DNA from: Desulfamplus sp. | GTDB lineage: Bacteria > Desulfobacterota > Desulfobacteria > Desulfobacterales > Desulfobacteraceae | NCBI GenBank assembly: GCA_015232935.1 | Contig: JADFYT010000001.1 | Coordinates: forward strand, 1-62,816 | Length of the DNA stretch: 62,816 nucleotides | Direction of reading: 5' to 3' | Shown here: in pieces, positions 1-8,745 of the stretch | Layout: each line of letters starts with the position of its first letter | Numbering within the stretch: position 1 is the stretch's first letter | Translations under genes and position numbers: made by a program | Notes under the pieces: model-generated | What the model was told of the DNA's origin: nothing | The model's database searches: none | The model's input: the letters and a program-made list of their open reading frames with translations, nothing else

Positions 1-73
1 ACTCAAATCATAATTATTTGATATTATTATCATATTAAACTATAGATGCAGGTAAAAACTTTAGCACTGGTAC
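1..73 (-). mobile_element. Terminus of an IS4/IS701-like element extending beyond the window; truncates the IS110 transposase
   Basis: AAAAACTTTAGCACTGGTA (about 54-72) resembles AAAAACTTGAACATCGAGTA that closes the DDE fragment at about 1063-1082. The IS110 ORF stops abruptly at this point. Confidence 0.5.
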
Positions 74-286
74 TTAAATACCGGTGCTTTCCATTATAAC
101 CAACTCAATGTCATGACCTTTTAGCCAACGACCAAGTTGACGCCGGTGTTTTCTGAATGTCCCGAACTCACGAGTCTCTTTTTGGACCGTGCCATCTGCC
201 TGTTCCAACAATACCGTTGCCACTATGATCATCTTATGAATATCGAGACCTGCACAACGTTTGACAATAGGCTCTAATTCCGACAT
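74..286 (-). pseudogene. IS110-family transposase/recombinase, N-terminal fragment (DEDD RuvC-like domain)
   Basis: CAGLDIHK and VIMESTGI motifs typical of the IS110 N-terminus; stop exactly where YWKP is expected; AGGAGG RBS upstream. Confidence 0.9.
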
Positions 287-324
287 ACATACCTCCTTGA
301 AACTTTTTTGATTTGTCGAAAATT

Positions 325-520
325 ATCGCAGGCAGGAGGAATTTTCGGAATATCTATACGTTCTCTATACAAACGCAAGCCATTTTACCGTGCGTAAAAT
401 ATGCAAAATTTGCATACGAAACAATCGGGGGTACGAACCGAAAATTTTAGTTCAGTTTAGGTCACAGGGTTATAACCACCATAAATTAACTCGAACACTC
501 ATCACCCACCTGCGATGGCA
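325..520 (-). ncRNA. Candidate IS110 bridge RNA
   Basis: Lies in the IS110 non-coding end just downstream of a TATAAT on the minus strand. Nested inverted repeats ATCGCAGG 325-332/CCTGCGAT 509-516 and AATTTTCGG 340-348/CCGAAAATT 438-446, plus internal hairpins. Confidence 0.55.
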
Positions 521-582
521 CATTATAATCACCTTTCAAACTTTTTCATCCTCGGGGGTGGCCGAAAAACGGCCATGAGCGT

Positions 583-1038
583 TTAGTTGCCACTGATTTG
601 TGCTGGCAGACAATTGATATTATCCAGGCATACTCTTTGAGATGGCTTGTAGAGGTTTTCTTTGAAGACTGGAAGCTTTATGAGGGATGGGGGCAAGAGG
701 CCAGACAATTTGACGAAGAGGGATCAAGCCGAAGCCTGATTCTGAGTCTATTGATAGACCATTGCCTTCTCCTTCACCCTGAGCAAACGACCTGCATAGA
801 GAACAAACAACCCGTGTCTACCGTGGGAAGCCTGCAACGAATGGCTCAGATGGATGTTTTGATGGACTGTATTAAATCTTTGCTGCAAGAACAGGATCCA
901 GGCGAGAAGCTTAAAGAAATGGGGAGAGTCATAAAAGATGTTTTTCGCCTTATGCCATCTCGAAAACATATGAGTGGAAGATTATTGGGTAGATTGGAAC
1001 CGACACCTTCTCTTTCACACAAATATTGTACTTGTTAA
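583..1038 (+). pseudogene. IS4/IS701-like DDE transposase, C-terminal fragment
   Basis: YSLRWLVEVFFEDWK is a Y-x2-R-x3-E-x6-K signature. No N-terminus; interrupted by the IS110; IR-like end at about 1063-1082. Confidence 0.8.
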
Positions 1039-1083
1039 GTCATTTTGCAAAAGTCCATAACTAAAAACTTGAACATCGAGTAT

Positions 1084-1523
1084 ACAGGGAAAAAGCACCA
1101 TCACGTCAACTACACAGCCAGGGATATCCGGCTGTCAAAACGAAGGGAGCATGAACAATCCCCTGAATTCAAGGATAAATACCGATATCGTTCAGGAGTT
1201 GAAGCCACTATGTCGCAATACGACAGGCGAACAGGGGTCAAGCTACTGAGGGTTCGAGGATTGAAAGCCGTTCGATACTGTGCAGTCATGAAGGCGGCTG
1301 CCTTGAATATATTCAGGGCGGCAATGGTGAGTATTGCCCGAAACAGGGCAAATATGAGCAAATTGAGCACAAATTGTTCTCTAAAATCGATTATCAAGGT
1401 TTTCAAAGAGCTTTTTGGCTTTTTTGAAGCATATTTTTGTTGTGAGCTGCTCGCAATCAATGAATCTGCTTCATCATAACTATTCAGGGCAATTCCGGTC
1501 TTTAGGGTTTTTACGAGACTATC
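1084..1523 (+). mobile_element. IS1182-like transposase C-terminal fragment (stop at 1479) with right terminal repeat
   Basis: YRYRSGVEATMSQ...LRVRGL motif of DDE_Tnp_1_6-type C-termini; terminal GGTTTTTACGAGACTATC at 1506-1523 matches MITE ends at 47688 and 54564. Confidence 0.75.
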
Positions 1524-1610
1524 AAATAAGAGTTTCACAAAAAAGAATCAAAAATATCGTATGGCAACAGTTTGACAAATCAATAAAATTAACAGGGAGG
1601 AAATTAGATT

Positions 1611-3278
1611 ATGAATTTGATCAGCCCATTAAATTCAGCCAGGTCATGCTTTTCAGAACTGCCATCAGCCCCGGATGGATCACTTGCCCTGACTCTGTTA
1701 CGGGTATTCGCCATTTTTGCAGTAATGAGCCTTGTAACGGCAGGCAGTGCATCAGGTCTTACCCAGGAATCCTTTGATGTTAAAAACCCGAAAAATCAGG
1801 AGATCAACAAGAAGTGTATAACCTGCCACCTTAAAGAGAACAAATCGTTAGTCAAACAGTGGGAAGCATCTGCACATGCCGCAGCAAAAGAGGGACAGGT
1901 TGGATGCTACAACTGCCATGCGGCAGATCCGGCAGATGAGACAGGTTATCAGCATGAAGGTGCATTTATAAAAGCCATACTCTCACCAAATGACTGTGCC
2001 AAATGCCATGAGCCGGAAGCCAAAGAGATGGCAATCTCCCACCACGCTACAGCAGGAGAGATTACGGCATCACTTGATAACATGCTTGCAGAGGTGATCG
2101 GCGGCATGCCGGACAACAAGGCCAACATGCACAGCGGCTGCTGGCAGTGTCACGGTTCCATTGTAACCCTTAAACGGGACAAGGATGGAAAAACATTAAG
2201 ATCAAAAACAGACGCACCCCAGATGGACCACAACACCTTTCCAAACTCTGGCATCGGACGAATCAATCCGGATGGATCAAAGGGAGCCTGCAATGCCTGC
2301 CATCCCAAGCACTCATTCAGGGCAAGTGCGGGAAGGCAGCCTGAGAACTGCGGCAAATGCCATCTTGGACCGGATCATCCCCAAAAAGAGATATATGAAG
2401 AGTCAAAACACGGCATTGCCTATTTTACCGCTGACAAGAATTCAGGCCCGGAAGGGATGAACATCATGAAGGACGGCTCCTGGGTTCTTGGTGATGATTA
2501 CAATGCAGCCCCTACCTGTTCAACATGCCACATGGGTTCATATGTCAAACTTAACGGTGCTGTTGCAAAAAACAGCCACAATGTAGGCGACAGACTCTCC
2601 TGGAACCTTAGAGCCCCTGTATCCTCAAAACTCAACAGGGTCACCTTTACTGACGGAACTGTCACGGATGTTCCGGGAGATATCCCGCCAAGAGCTGGAC
2701 AAAAAATCACTTCAAAGTCATATGCAAGAGAGGGAGACAAGCTCAACAAGATCATGTCAGAAAAAACAATCGAAAAAGTTGTCTCCTGGGAAGAGAGAAG
2801 GCTGACCATGCAGGAGGTATGCAAGTCATGTCACGGCATCAACCATGTAAGGGATTTCTACAGCCAGTTTGATGATCTTGTAAATCTTTACAACGACAAG
2901 TTTGCAAAACCAGGAACCGAGCTTATCAACATGCTTACCAAAGATGGCATACTTCAAAACAGCGGTTTCCAGCACAAACTTGGCTACACATGGTTTGAGG
3001 TGTGGCATCATGAGGGAAGAAGAGCCAGAATGGCCGCTGCCATGCATGCTCCTGACTATACACACTGGCACGGCATGTATGAAGTATCACGCAATTTCTA
3101 TCATGAATTTTTACCAGAAGTCCAGGAACTTGCCGACCATGCGGGCCAGGGAGAAAAATACAAGAAATATATAGCGGAACTGCTTGCGAAACCAGAACAT
3201 TTATGGATAAAAACCGGTGGAAGCGAAGAGACAATGAGGCTAATTCAGGAAGAACGCAAATTACGCTATAACCAATAG
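1611..3278 (+). CDS. Octaheme cytochrome c, hydroxylamine oxidoreductase (HAO) family
   Basis: Eight CxxCH motifs (CITCH, CYNCH, CAKCH, CWQCH, CNACH, CGKCH, CSTCH, CKSCH); HLGPDHPQKEIYEESKHG and WHHEGRRAR...PDYTHWHG; N-terminal hydrophobic signal. Confidence 0.9.
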   Translation: MNLISPLNSARSCFSELPSAPDGSLALTLLRVFAIFAVMSLVTAGSASGLTQESFDVKNPKNQEINKKCITCHLKENKSLVKQWEASAHAAAKEGQVGCYNCHAADPADETGYQHEGAFIKAILSPNDCAKCHEPEAKEMAISHHATAGEITASLDNMLAEVIGGMPDNKANMHSGCWQCHGSIVTLKRDKDGKTLRSKTDAPQMDHNTFPNSGIGRINPDGSKGACNACHPKHSFRASAGRQPENCGKCHLGPDHPQKEIYEESKHGIAYFTADKNSGPEGMNIMKDGSWVLGDDYNAAPTCSTCHMGSYVKLNGAVAKNSHNVGDRLSWNLRAPVSSKLNRVTFTDGTVTDVPGDIPPRAGQKITSKSYAREGDKLNKIMSEKTIEKVVSWEERRLTMQEVCKSCHGINHVRDFYSQFDDLVNLYNDKFAKPGTELINMLTKDGILQNSGFQHKLGYTWFEVWHHEGRRARMAAAMHAPDYTHWHGMYEVSRNFYHEFLPEVQELADHAGQGEKYKKYIAELLAKPEHLWIKTGGSEETMRLIQEERKLRYNQ

Positions 3279-3380
3279 CCATCTTCAAGTTTAAAGTGTC
3301 GGGTTGATTTTCAGGCTATTCAAGTCTGCCAAGCAATTTTTCTGCCCGACAACTAAACCTTGAAAGAACAACAGGAAGTT

Positions 3381-3418
3381 TTAAAGATACCCCGCAGCAA
3401 ACTGCCGGGTATCTTTAA
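3381..3418. repeat. Palindrome resembling IS200/IS605-derived hairpins
   Basis: TTAAAGATACCCCGCAG-CAAA-CTGCCGGGTATCTTTAA near-perfect hairpin. Confidence 0.55.
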
Positions 3419-3478
3419 TGCAGCCCCACCAAGGGGACGAGGTATATAATCATCTTATGATTGACAGACAGACATCTT

Positions 3479-5824
3479 ATGATTGACAGACATATTGACA
3501 GCCACTCAGATCAAATTCTCCTATCTCAGGGATATACTCCGATAAAACCTGTTCTGTACCGCCTGATGATTCCGTTGGCTTTGGCACTGCTTGTCCTTGT
3601 ATGTGGAGGTGCCGCTGTGCTGCTCACACAACAACAGACCAGCCTTAACCTCTCTATCAACAAGATTTTTGACGAAGTTTCCTCAGATATAATCACACTG
3701 GTAAATGCACAATCACGGAACTTGAATGCCCTTGGTCTGACTTTGCTGCACGATACAGACCTGCGTGACGCACTCAAGAAAAAGCAGAGAGATCGACTAC
3801 TGGCTGAATATTCGGATCTTTTCGCGAAACTTAGAGATTCTCATGGCCTTACACATCTTTATTTTATTGGATCTGACAGGATCTGTCTTCTCAGAGTTCA
3901 CAAGCCTGAAAAGTATGGCGACCTTATCGACAGGCTTACCATGCAGGAGGCCGAACGTACCGGCAAGGCATCAACCGGCCTGGAACTTGGTCCTCTTGGA
4001 ACCTTCACTCTTCGATCAGTGCAGCCGGTTTTTCATAATAATGAACTTGTCGGCTACATAGAGCTGGGAAAGGAGATTGAGGATATTTTTGAGACTTTGC
4101 ACAAAAAAGATGCAATCGAGATCGCTCTTCCGATCCGCAAAAACGCATTGGACAGGGCAGCCTGGGAGTCAGGCATGAGGATGCTTGGCAGGGAATCGGA
4201 CTGGAACCGATTCCCAGATGACGTGCTGATCTACTCATCCATGCCGCAATTTCCTGCCCAGGCTGAAAAATTTGTAAGCAAAGAGGGTCATCCGCATGGC
4301 AACGATATTGTGGAGATAACCTTTAATGAGAAACTGTGGCGGGTCATGGCCATCCGGATGGACGATGTGTCAGGCACTGAGGTAGGTGACCTTTTGCTGC
4401 TGATTGACACAACAGAAGTAAAGGCAACTCAAAAGCGAGAGCTTGCAACAGGTGGCCTTGTTACGACCTTATTGCTGGGTGGCCTTCTATTATCGTTGTA
4501 TATTCTCCTGAAACGTACCGACCACAGGATCCATATTCAACAAACAGGGCTTGCCAAAGCATATACAGAGATGGAAGAGCGGGTTCAGGAACGCACAGCA
4601 GAGCTCTCTATTACCAACGCTGTTCTTAAAAATGAAATAGCCGAGAATGAACGGGCTGCCCGAGAGAAAGAAAAACTGCAAATACAACTGAACCAGTCGC
4701 AGAAGATGGAGTCAGTTGGCCGGCTTGCTGGCGGAGTTGCTCATGATTTCAACAACATGCTCGGGGTAATTCTTGGTCATACTGAACTTGTCCTTATGGA
4801 CATAAAACCTGAAGAACCTCTGTTTGACAGAATTCAGGAGATTCGTAAAGCTGCGGAACGCTCCTCTGATCTGACCCGGCAACTCCTTGCGTTTGCCAGA
4901 AAACAGACAGTCGAGCCAAAGGTTCTTGATCTTAACGAAACTGTAGAGGGGATGCTCAATATGCTTAGAAGACTGATAGGTGAAGATATCAATCTTAAAT
5001 GGATTCCAGGACCAGAACCCTGGAGGGTAAGAGTTGATCCCTCCCAAATAGACCATATTCTGGCCAATCTCTGTGTAAATGCCCGAGATGCCATAACCGG
5101 TTCCGGTAATATCATCATTGAAACGACACGCTCGGTTCTGGATGAAACCTTTCTTGCCGCACATGCAGGATTTATTAAAGGAGACTACATGCAGCTCTCT
5201 GTCAGTGATGATGGATGCGGCATGGACAAAAGTACCATGGGAAAACTGTTTGAACCTTTTTTTACTACAAAGGAGCTTGGCAAGGGTACGGGTCTCGGAT
5301 TAGCTACGGTATATGGAATTGTTGAACAGAACAATGGTATTATAAAAACCTACAGTGAGCCTGGAAAGGGTACAACATTCAGGATCTACTTTCCGCGTCA
5401 CATGGGCGATAATGAACAGGTGATAGAGGCAGTTGAATCAAAACCTTCTGAACGGGGGCATGAAACCATACTGGTGGTGGAAGATGAAGATTCAATGCTG
5501 GAAATGACCACTATAATGCTTGGACATCTGGGCTACAAGGTTCTGGCAGCCGCAACATATAATGAGGCTGTTGAACTTTCGAATAAATACCCCGGCAAGA
5601 TAGATCTTTTGATAACAGACGTAATCATGCCCCAGGTGAACGGCAGAGAACTGGCAAACGAAATCCTGTCACGCCATGCCAATACAAAGTGCCTGTTCAT
5701 GTCAGGCTACACTGCTGATATCATAACCCACCATGGAGTTCTGGATGATGGCGTCAATTTCATACAAAAACCCTTCTCAATGCGGAACCTGAGTTCAAAG
5801 GTGAGAGAAACACTTCAGAAATAG
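3479..5824 (+). CDS. Hybrid sensor histidine kinase (TM, Cache-like periplasmic domain, HisKA, HATPase, receiver)
   Basis: AGGVAHDFNN H-box, NLCVNARDA, GKGTGLGLA, C-terminal receiver LLITDVIMP. Start uncertain (TTG 3461 or ATG 3479, inside a 21-bp tandem duplication). Confidence 0.92.
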   Translation: MIDRHIDSHSDQILLSQGYTPIKPVLYRLMIPLALALLVLVCGGAAVLLTQQQTSLNLSINKIFDEVSSDIITLVNAQSRNLNALGLTLLHDTDLRDALKKKQRDRLLAEYSDLFAKLRDSHGLTHLYFIGSDRICLLRVHKPEKYGDLIDRLTMQEAERTGKASTGLELGPLGTFTLRSVQPVFHNNELVGYIELGKEIEDIFETLHKKDAIEIALPIRKNALDRAAWESGMRMLGRESDWNRFPDDVLIYSSMPQFPAQAEKFVSKEGHPHGNDIVEITFNEKLWRVMAIRMDDVSGTEVGDLLLLIDTTEVKATQKRELATGGLVTTLLLGGLLLSLYILLKRTDHRIHIQQTGLAKAYTEMEERVQERTAELSITNAVLKNEIAENERAAREKEKLQIQLNQSQKMESVGRLAGGVAHDFNNMLGVILGHTELVLMDIKPEEPLFDRIQEIRKAAERSSDLTRQLLAFARKQTVEPKVLDLNETVEGMLNMLRRLIGEDINLKWIPGPEPWRVRVDPSQIDHILANLCVNARDAITGSGNIIIETTRSVLDETFLAAHAGFIKGDYMQLSVSDDGCGMDKSTMGKLFEPFFTTKELGKGTGLGLATVYGIVEQNNGIIKTYSEPGKGTTFRIYFPRHMGDNEQVIEAVESKPSERGHETILVVEDEDSMLEMTTIMLGHLGYKVLAAATYNEAVELSNKYPGKIDLLITDVIMPQVNGRELANEILSRHANTKCLFMSGYTADIITHHGVLDDGVNFIQKPFSMRNLSSKVRETLQK

Positions 5825-5954
5825 ACCTCCTGTGCTATTCACTGTTATTCAGTGCAATCAAGGAGCACAATCCAGTTTTGCGGCAATTATAATGATGTTA
5901 TGCAATCATGGACAATCTTCTATGGATACTCTTCAAGGGACAATCTTCTTTACC

Positions 5955-6728
5955 ATGAAAATATATTCTGCTTTTAATAATTGGGGATGGACATATAACG
6001 GCCATGAACGCCTGACAAGATATTTGTTGTACTTTATATGTGCTGTGAACCTTGCTGTCCCGGCTCATGCAGACAACAGCACTATTTCAGCCACCAGTGC
6101 TGAAAACATAGCATCTGAAACTTATCCAGAAGCTGAGACTTGTCCAGAAGCTGAATTTTTTAAAAAGGTGGAATCTCTTAAAATCGGGTGGCAGGGATAT
6201 ATTCTTGGTAAAGAGCTCAACAGCTCACAAAAGGAGACTGCCCGAAGGAACAGGATTACCGCCTCGACCAGCAAAGACGCCCCCAAAGATTCAACTACCC
6301 GCAAAGACGCAACTGTAACCCCTTCAGTGACCGGGACATATAAATTCAGAGACAGGGAGCTCAACATTGTAGCGGACAGCAAAACAGACCGTGTGCTGAT
6401 TATATTTCAAACTCTTGAACGTGCGTATCAACAAGATGTCAGGGATATGATCGGATCTCTGGTGACAGTATTTCATGATCCGACCCTGTCCGCCCATGAC
6501 AAAATAGTCTATTGGGCATATGGAGACAAAGGAAAATACAGCAGTGCTCAATTTAAAACGGCAAAAGCCAGACAGGAACCTCTATCCATTATCGCCACGG
6601 TCAAGCTGCAAAGTGAGATTCCCATTATGGAGATTCCCATTATGCAGAAGGATCAGGAAAAAGCATCAGGCAAAGCGTACTACATTATCAGCTCGGAACT
6701 GCTTCTCAAGCAGCTTCATCTGGAGTAA
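5955..6728 (+). CDS. Hypothetical exported protein
   Basis: Long ORF with signal-like segment (LLYFICAVNLAVPAHA); start uncertain (frame open from 5832). Confidence 0.6.
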   Translation: MKIYSAFNNWGWTYNGHERLTRYLLYFICAVNLAVPAHADNSTISATSAENIASETYPEAETCPEAEFFKKVESLKIGWQGYILGKELNSSQKETARRNRITASTSKDAPKDSTTRKDATVTPSVTGTYKFRDRELNIVADSKTDRVLIIFQTLERAYQQDVRDMIGSLVTVFHDPTLSAHDKIVYWAYGDKGKYSSAQFKTAKARQEPLSIIATVKLQSEIPIMEIPIMQKDQEKASGKAYYIISSELLLKQLHLE

Positions 6729-6739
6729 AACTGGAATAT

Positions 6740-7618
6740 CTATATGAAGAGCCTGTAAAGAGCCTGTGTTCCATCATACTCATAACCATTTTCTGCAAGT
6801 TTGTCATAAAGAGATTTTGCAAGCACAAGCCCCGGTGTCTCAAGCCCCATCTCCTTTGCCGATTCAATGGCAATACCCATATCCTTTATAAAATGCTTCA
6901 CATAAAATCCAGGTGCGAAATCTCCCTTTATTATTCTTGGGCCAAGGTTGTTCAATGTCCAGCTTCCGGCAGCACCGCTTCCAATGCTTTTTAGTACACT
7001 TTCAGGATCAAGTCCTGATTTTACCGTATATGCAAGAGATTCGCATATCCCGACCATGCCTGCCGCGATCGCGATCTGATTGGCCATTTTAGTGTGCTGC
7101 CCACAACCCGCGCCTCCTTGAAGCAAGATATTTTTTCCCATGACTTCAAAAACAGGCATGACAGCGTCAAAGATCGCTCTATCTCCTCCAGCCATTATGG
7201 AAAGAGTAGCGTCTCTTGCCCCGATATCTCCGCCAGACACAGGTGCATCCAGAGCATGAAGCGAGTGTCTTGCGGCAGATTCATATATTTTGACAGCAAG
7301 CACGGGACTTGATGTTGTCATGTCAACAAGAATGGTTCCAGGCAAGGCATTTTCAATGATTCCATCCTGTTGAAGGTAAATACTCTCGACATCTGCGGGC
7401 AAACCTACCATTGTGATAACAAGATGGCATTTTACCGCGAGCGAGGCGATTGTCTCTTCCCACACTGCCCCCTTTTTACAGATTGCATCTGCCTTTGATC
7501 TGGTACGGGTGTAAACATGAACCTGATACCCCGCGTCAAGAATATGACCAGCCATGCTGCCGCCCATAACACCGGTGCCAATAAAGCCAACTACAGTACG
7601 CTGTGGTGCTATATCCAT
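6740..7618 (-). CDS. NAD(P)-dependent beta-hydroxyacid dehydrogenase (3-hydroxyisobutyrate dehydrogenase/tartronate semialdehyde reductase family)
   Basis: GFIGTGVMG, DAPVSGG, K-MANQ, FIKDM motifs. Confidence 0.92.
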   Translation of the reverse strand: MDIAPQRTVVGFIGTGVMGGSMAGHILDAGYQVHVYTRTRSKADAICKKGAVWEETIASLAVKCHLVITMVGLPADVESIYLQQDGIIENALPGTILVDMTTSSPVLAVKIYESAARHSLHALDAPVSGGDIGARDATLSIMAGGDRAIFDAVMPVFEVMGKNILLQGGAGCGQHTKMANQIAIAAGMVGICESLAYTVKSGLDPESVLKSIGSGAAGSWTLNNLGPRIIKGDFAPGFYVKHFIKDMGIAIESAKEMGLETPGLVLAKSLYDKLAENGYEYDGTQALYRLFI

Positions 7619-7899
7619 TTTTCGTCTCCTTTGAGTTTTGATGGTATCGTTGTGTTTTTATGGTATCGTGAATATAAGCAGCTTAAGCTGCAATTAATGT
7701 CTGATTGAATTTCCTGATGAATCACATAATCAGCCTTGCTGCGATTATTGTCTGATGGAAATTTCCGGGGAATATTGAAATTGACAGTCCCGTTAAAAAA
7801 AGACTTTTGAATTTGAGTTACATCACTATATTTTGATTGTCAAGGCGACCTGTTTTTACTGTTGACAACCTGCCACACTGTAGTATTTTTATTGCCTGA

Positions 7900-7964
7900 G
7901 CTGACCCTGTTAAATCACAGGGCTGACCAGTTAAATAACAGGGTTGACCAAGTTAAATAACAGG
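7900..7964 (+). repeat. Three tandem 21-22 bp direct repeats upstream of nifU
   Basis: GCTGACCCTGTTAAATCACAGG / GCTGACCAGTTAAATAACAGG / GTTGACCAAGTTAAATAACAGG. Confidence 0.85.
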
Positions 7965-8039
7965 CAACTCCGTGACAGATCATGGATCAGACAAGAACTG
8001 ACAAATATATTATTTATATTATTCTTAAGGAGAAAAAAT

Positions 8040-8603
8040 ATGTGGGAATATAACGAGAAAGTCAAGGATCATTTCCTCAATCCAAGAAATGTGGGGGAGA
8101 TGAAAGATGCAAACGCGATTGGTGAAACAGGATCTCTTTCATGTGGGGACGCACTTAAGCTTTTCCTGAAAATCAATAAAACAAACAGAATCGTTGACGC
8201 AAGTTTCATGACTTTTGGCTGTGCCAGTGCGGTTGCATCATCTTCTGCACTTACAGAAATAATAAAAGGAATGACTCTTGAGGATGCTGAAAAACTTACC
8301 AATGATGATATTGCCGACTACCTTGGCGGGCTGCCCAAGGAGAAAATGCACTGCTCCGTGATGGGGCAGGACGCATTACGAAAAGCTATCCGCTCATATA
8401 AAGGAATTGAAATCCTTGCAAAACCTGGCAATACTGTTTGTGAGTGTTTTGGTGTTACCGATCTTGAGATCATTGAGACTGTAAAGCAAAACAATCTCAA
8501 GTCAGCGGAAGATGTCACCTTTTATGTAAAAGCTGGCGGCGGTTGTGGAAAATGTGTTGAAAAAATAGAGGAGATCGTTGAATCTGTCCTTGCAGAAGCG
8601 TGA
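8040..8603 (+). CDS. nifU: Fe-S scaffold NifU (IscU domain plus BFD-like [2Fe-2S] domain, no C-terminal Nfu domain)
   Basis: MWEYNEKVKDHFLNPRNVG, SCGD, FGCASA, KMHCS, CECF...GGGCGKC; AGGAG RBS before ATG 8040. Confidence 0.9.
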   Translation: MWEYNEKVKDHFLNPRNVGEMKDANAIGETGSLSCGDALKLFLKINKTNRIVDASFMTFGCASAVASSSALTEIIKGMTLEDAEKLTNDDIADYLGGLPKEKMHCSVMGQDALRKAIRSYKGIEILAKPGNTVCECFGVTDLEIIETVKQNNLKSAEDVTFYVKAGGGCGKCVEKIEEIVESVLAEA

Positions 8604-8745
8604 AGTTTTTTAAATTTGCCTCGACGCAAGTCTAAAAATAATATTAATATGTATAGAATTCAAAACAACTACAAGTCAACAGGTCTTATAGTCGTGCCAC
8701 CCACAAACCTGGCAGCCATATCACGCAAAAGGAGAAAAAAATAAA

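Larger units (their letters stand above)
74..585 (-). mobile_element. Truncated IS110 element: about 300 bp non-coding end plus 5' part of transposase
   Basis: End reads TAAACGCTCATGGCCGTTTTTCGGCCACCCCCGAGGATGAAA on the minus strand. The flank from 583 reads LVATDLCW in frame with the neighbouring DDE transposase. Confidence 0.75.

Noticed and set aside
390-578. 62-aa ORF in the IS110 end
   Set aside because: No recognisable motif or RBS; it is antisense to the structured non-coding end.
1045-1083. TTG start of the 144-aa ORF
   Set aside because: The first codons come from the neighbouring IS end, so the ORF is a chimeric fragment.
7900-7964. Mini CRISPR array
   Set aside because: The repeats are contiguous with no spacers, and there are no cas genes.
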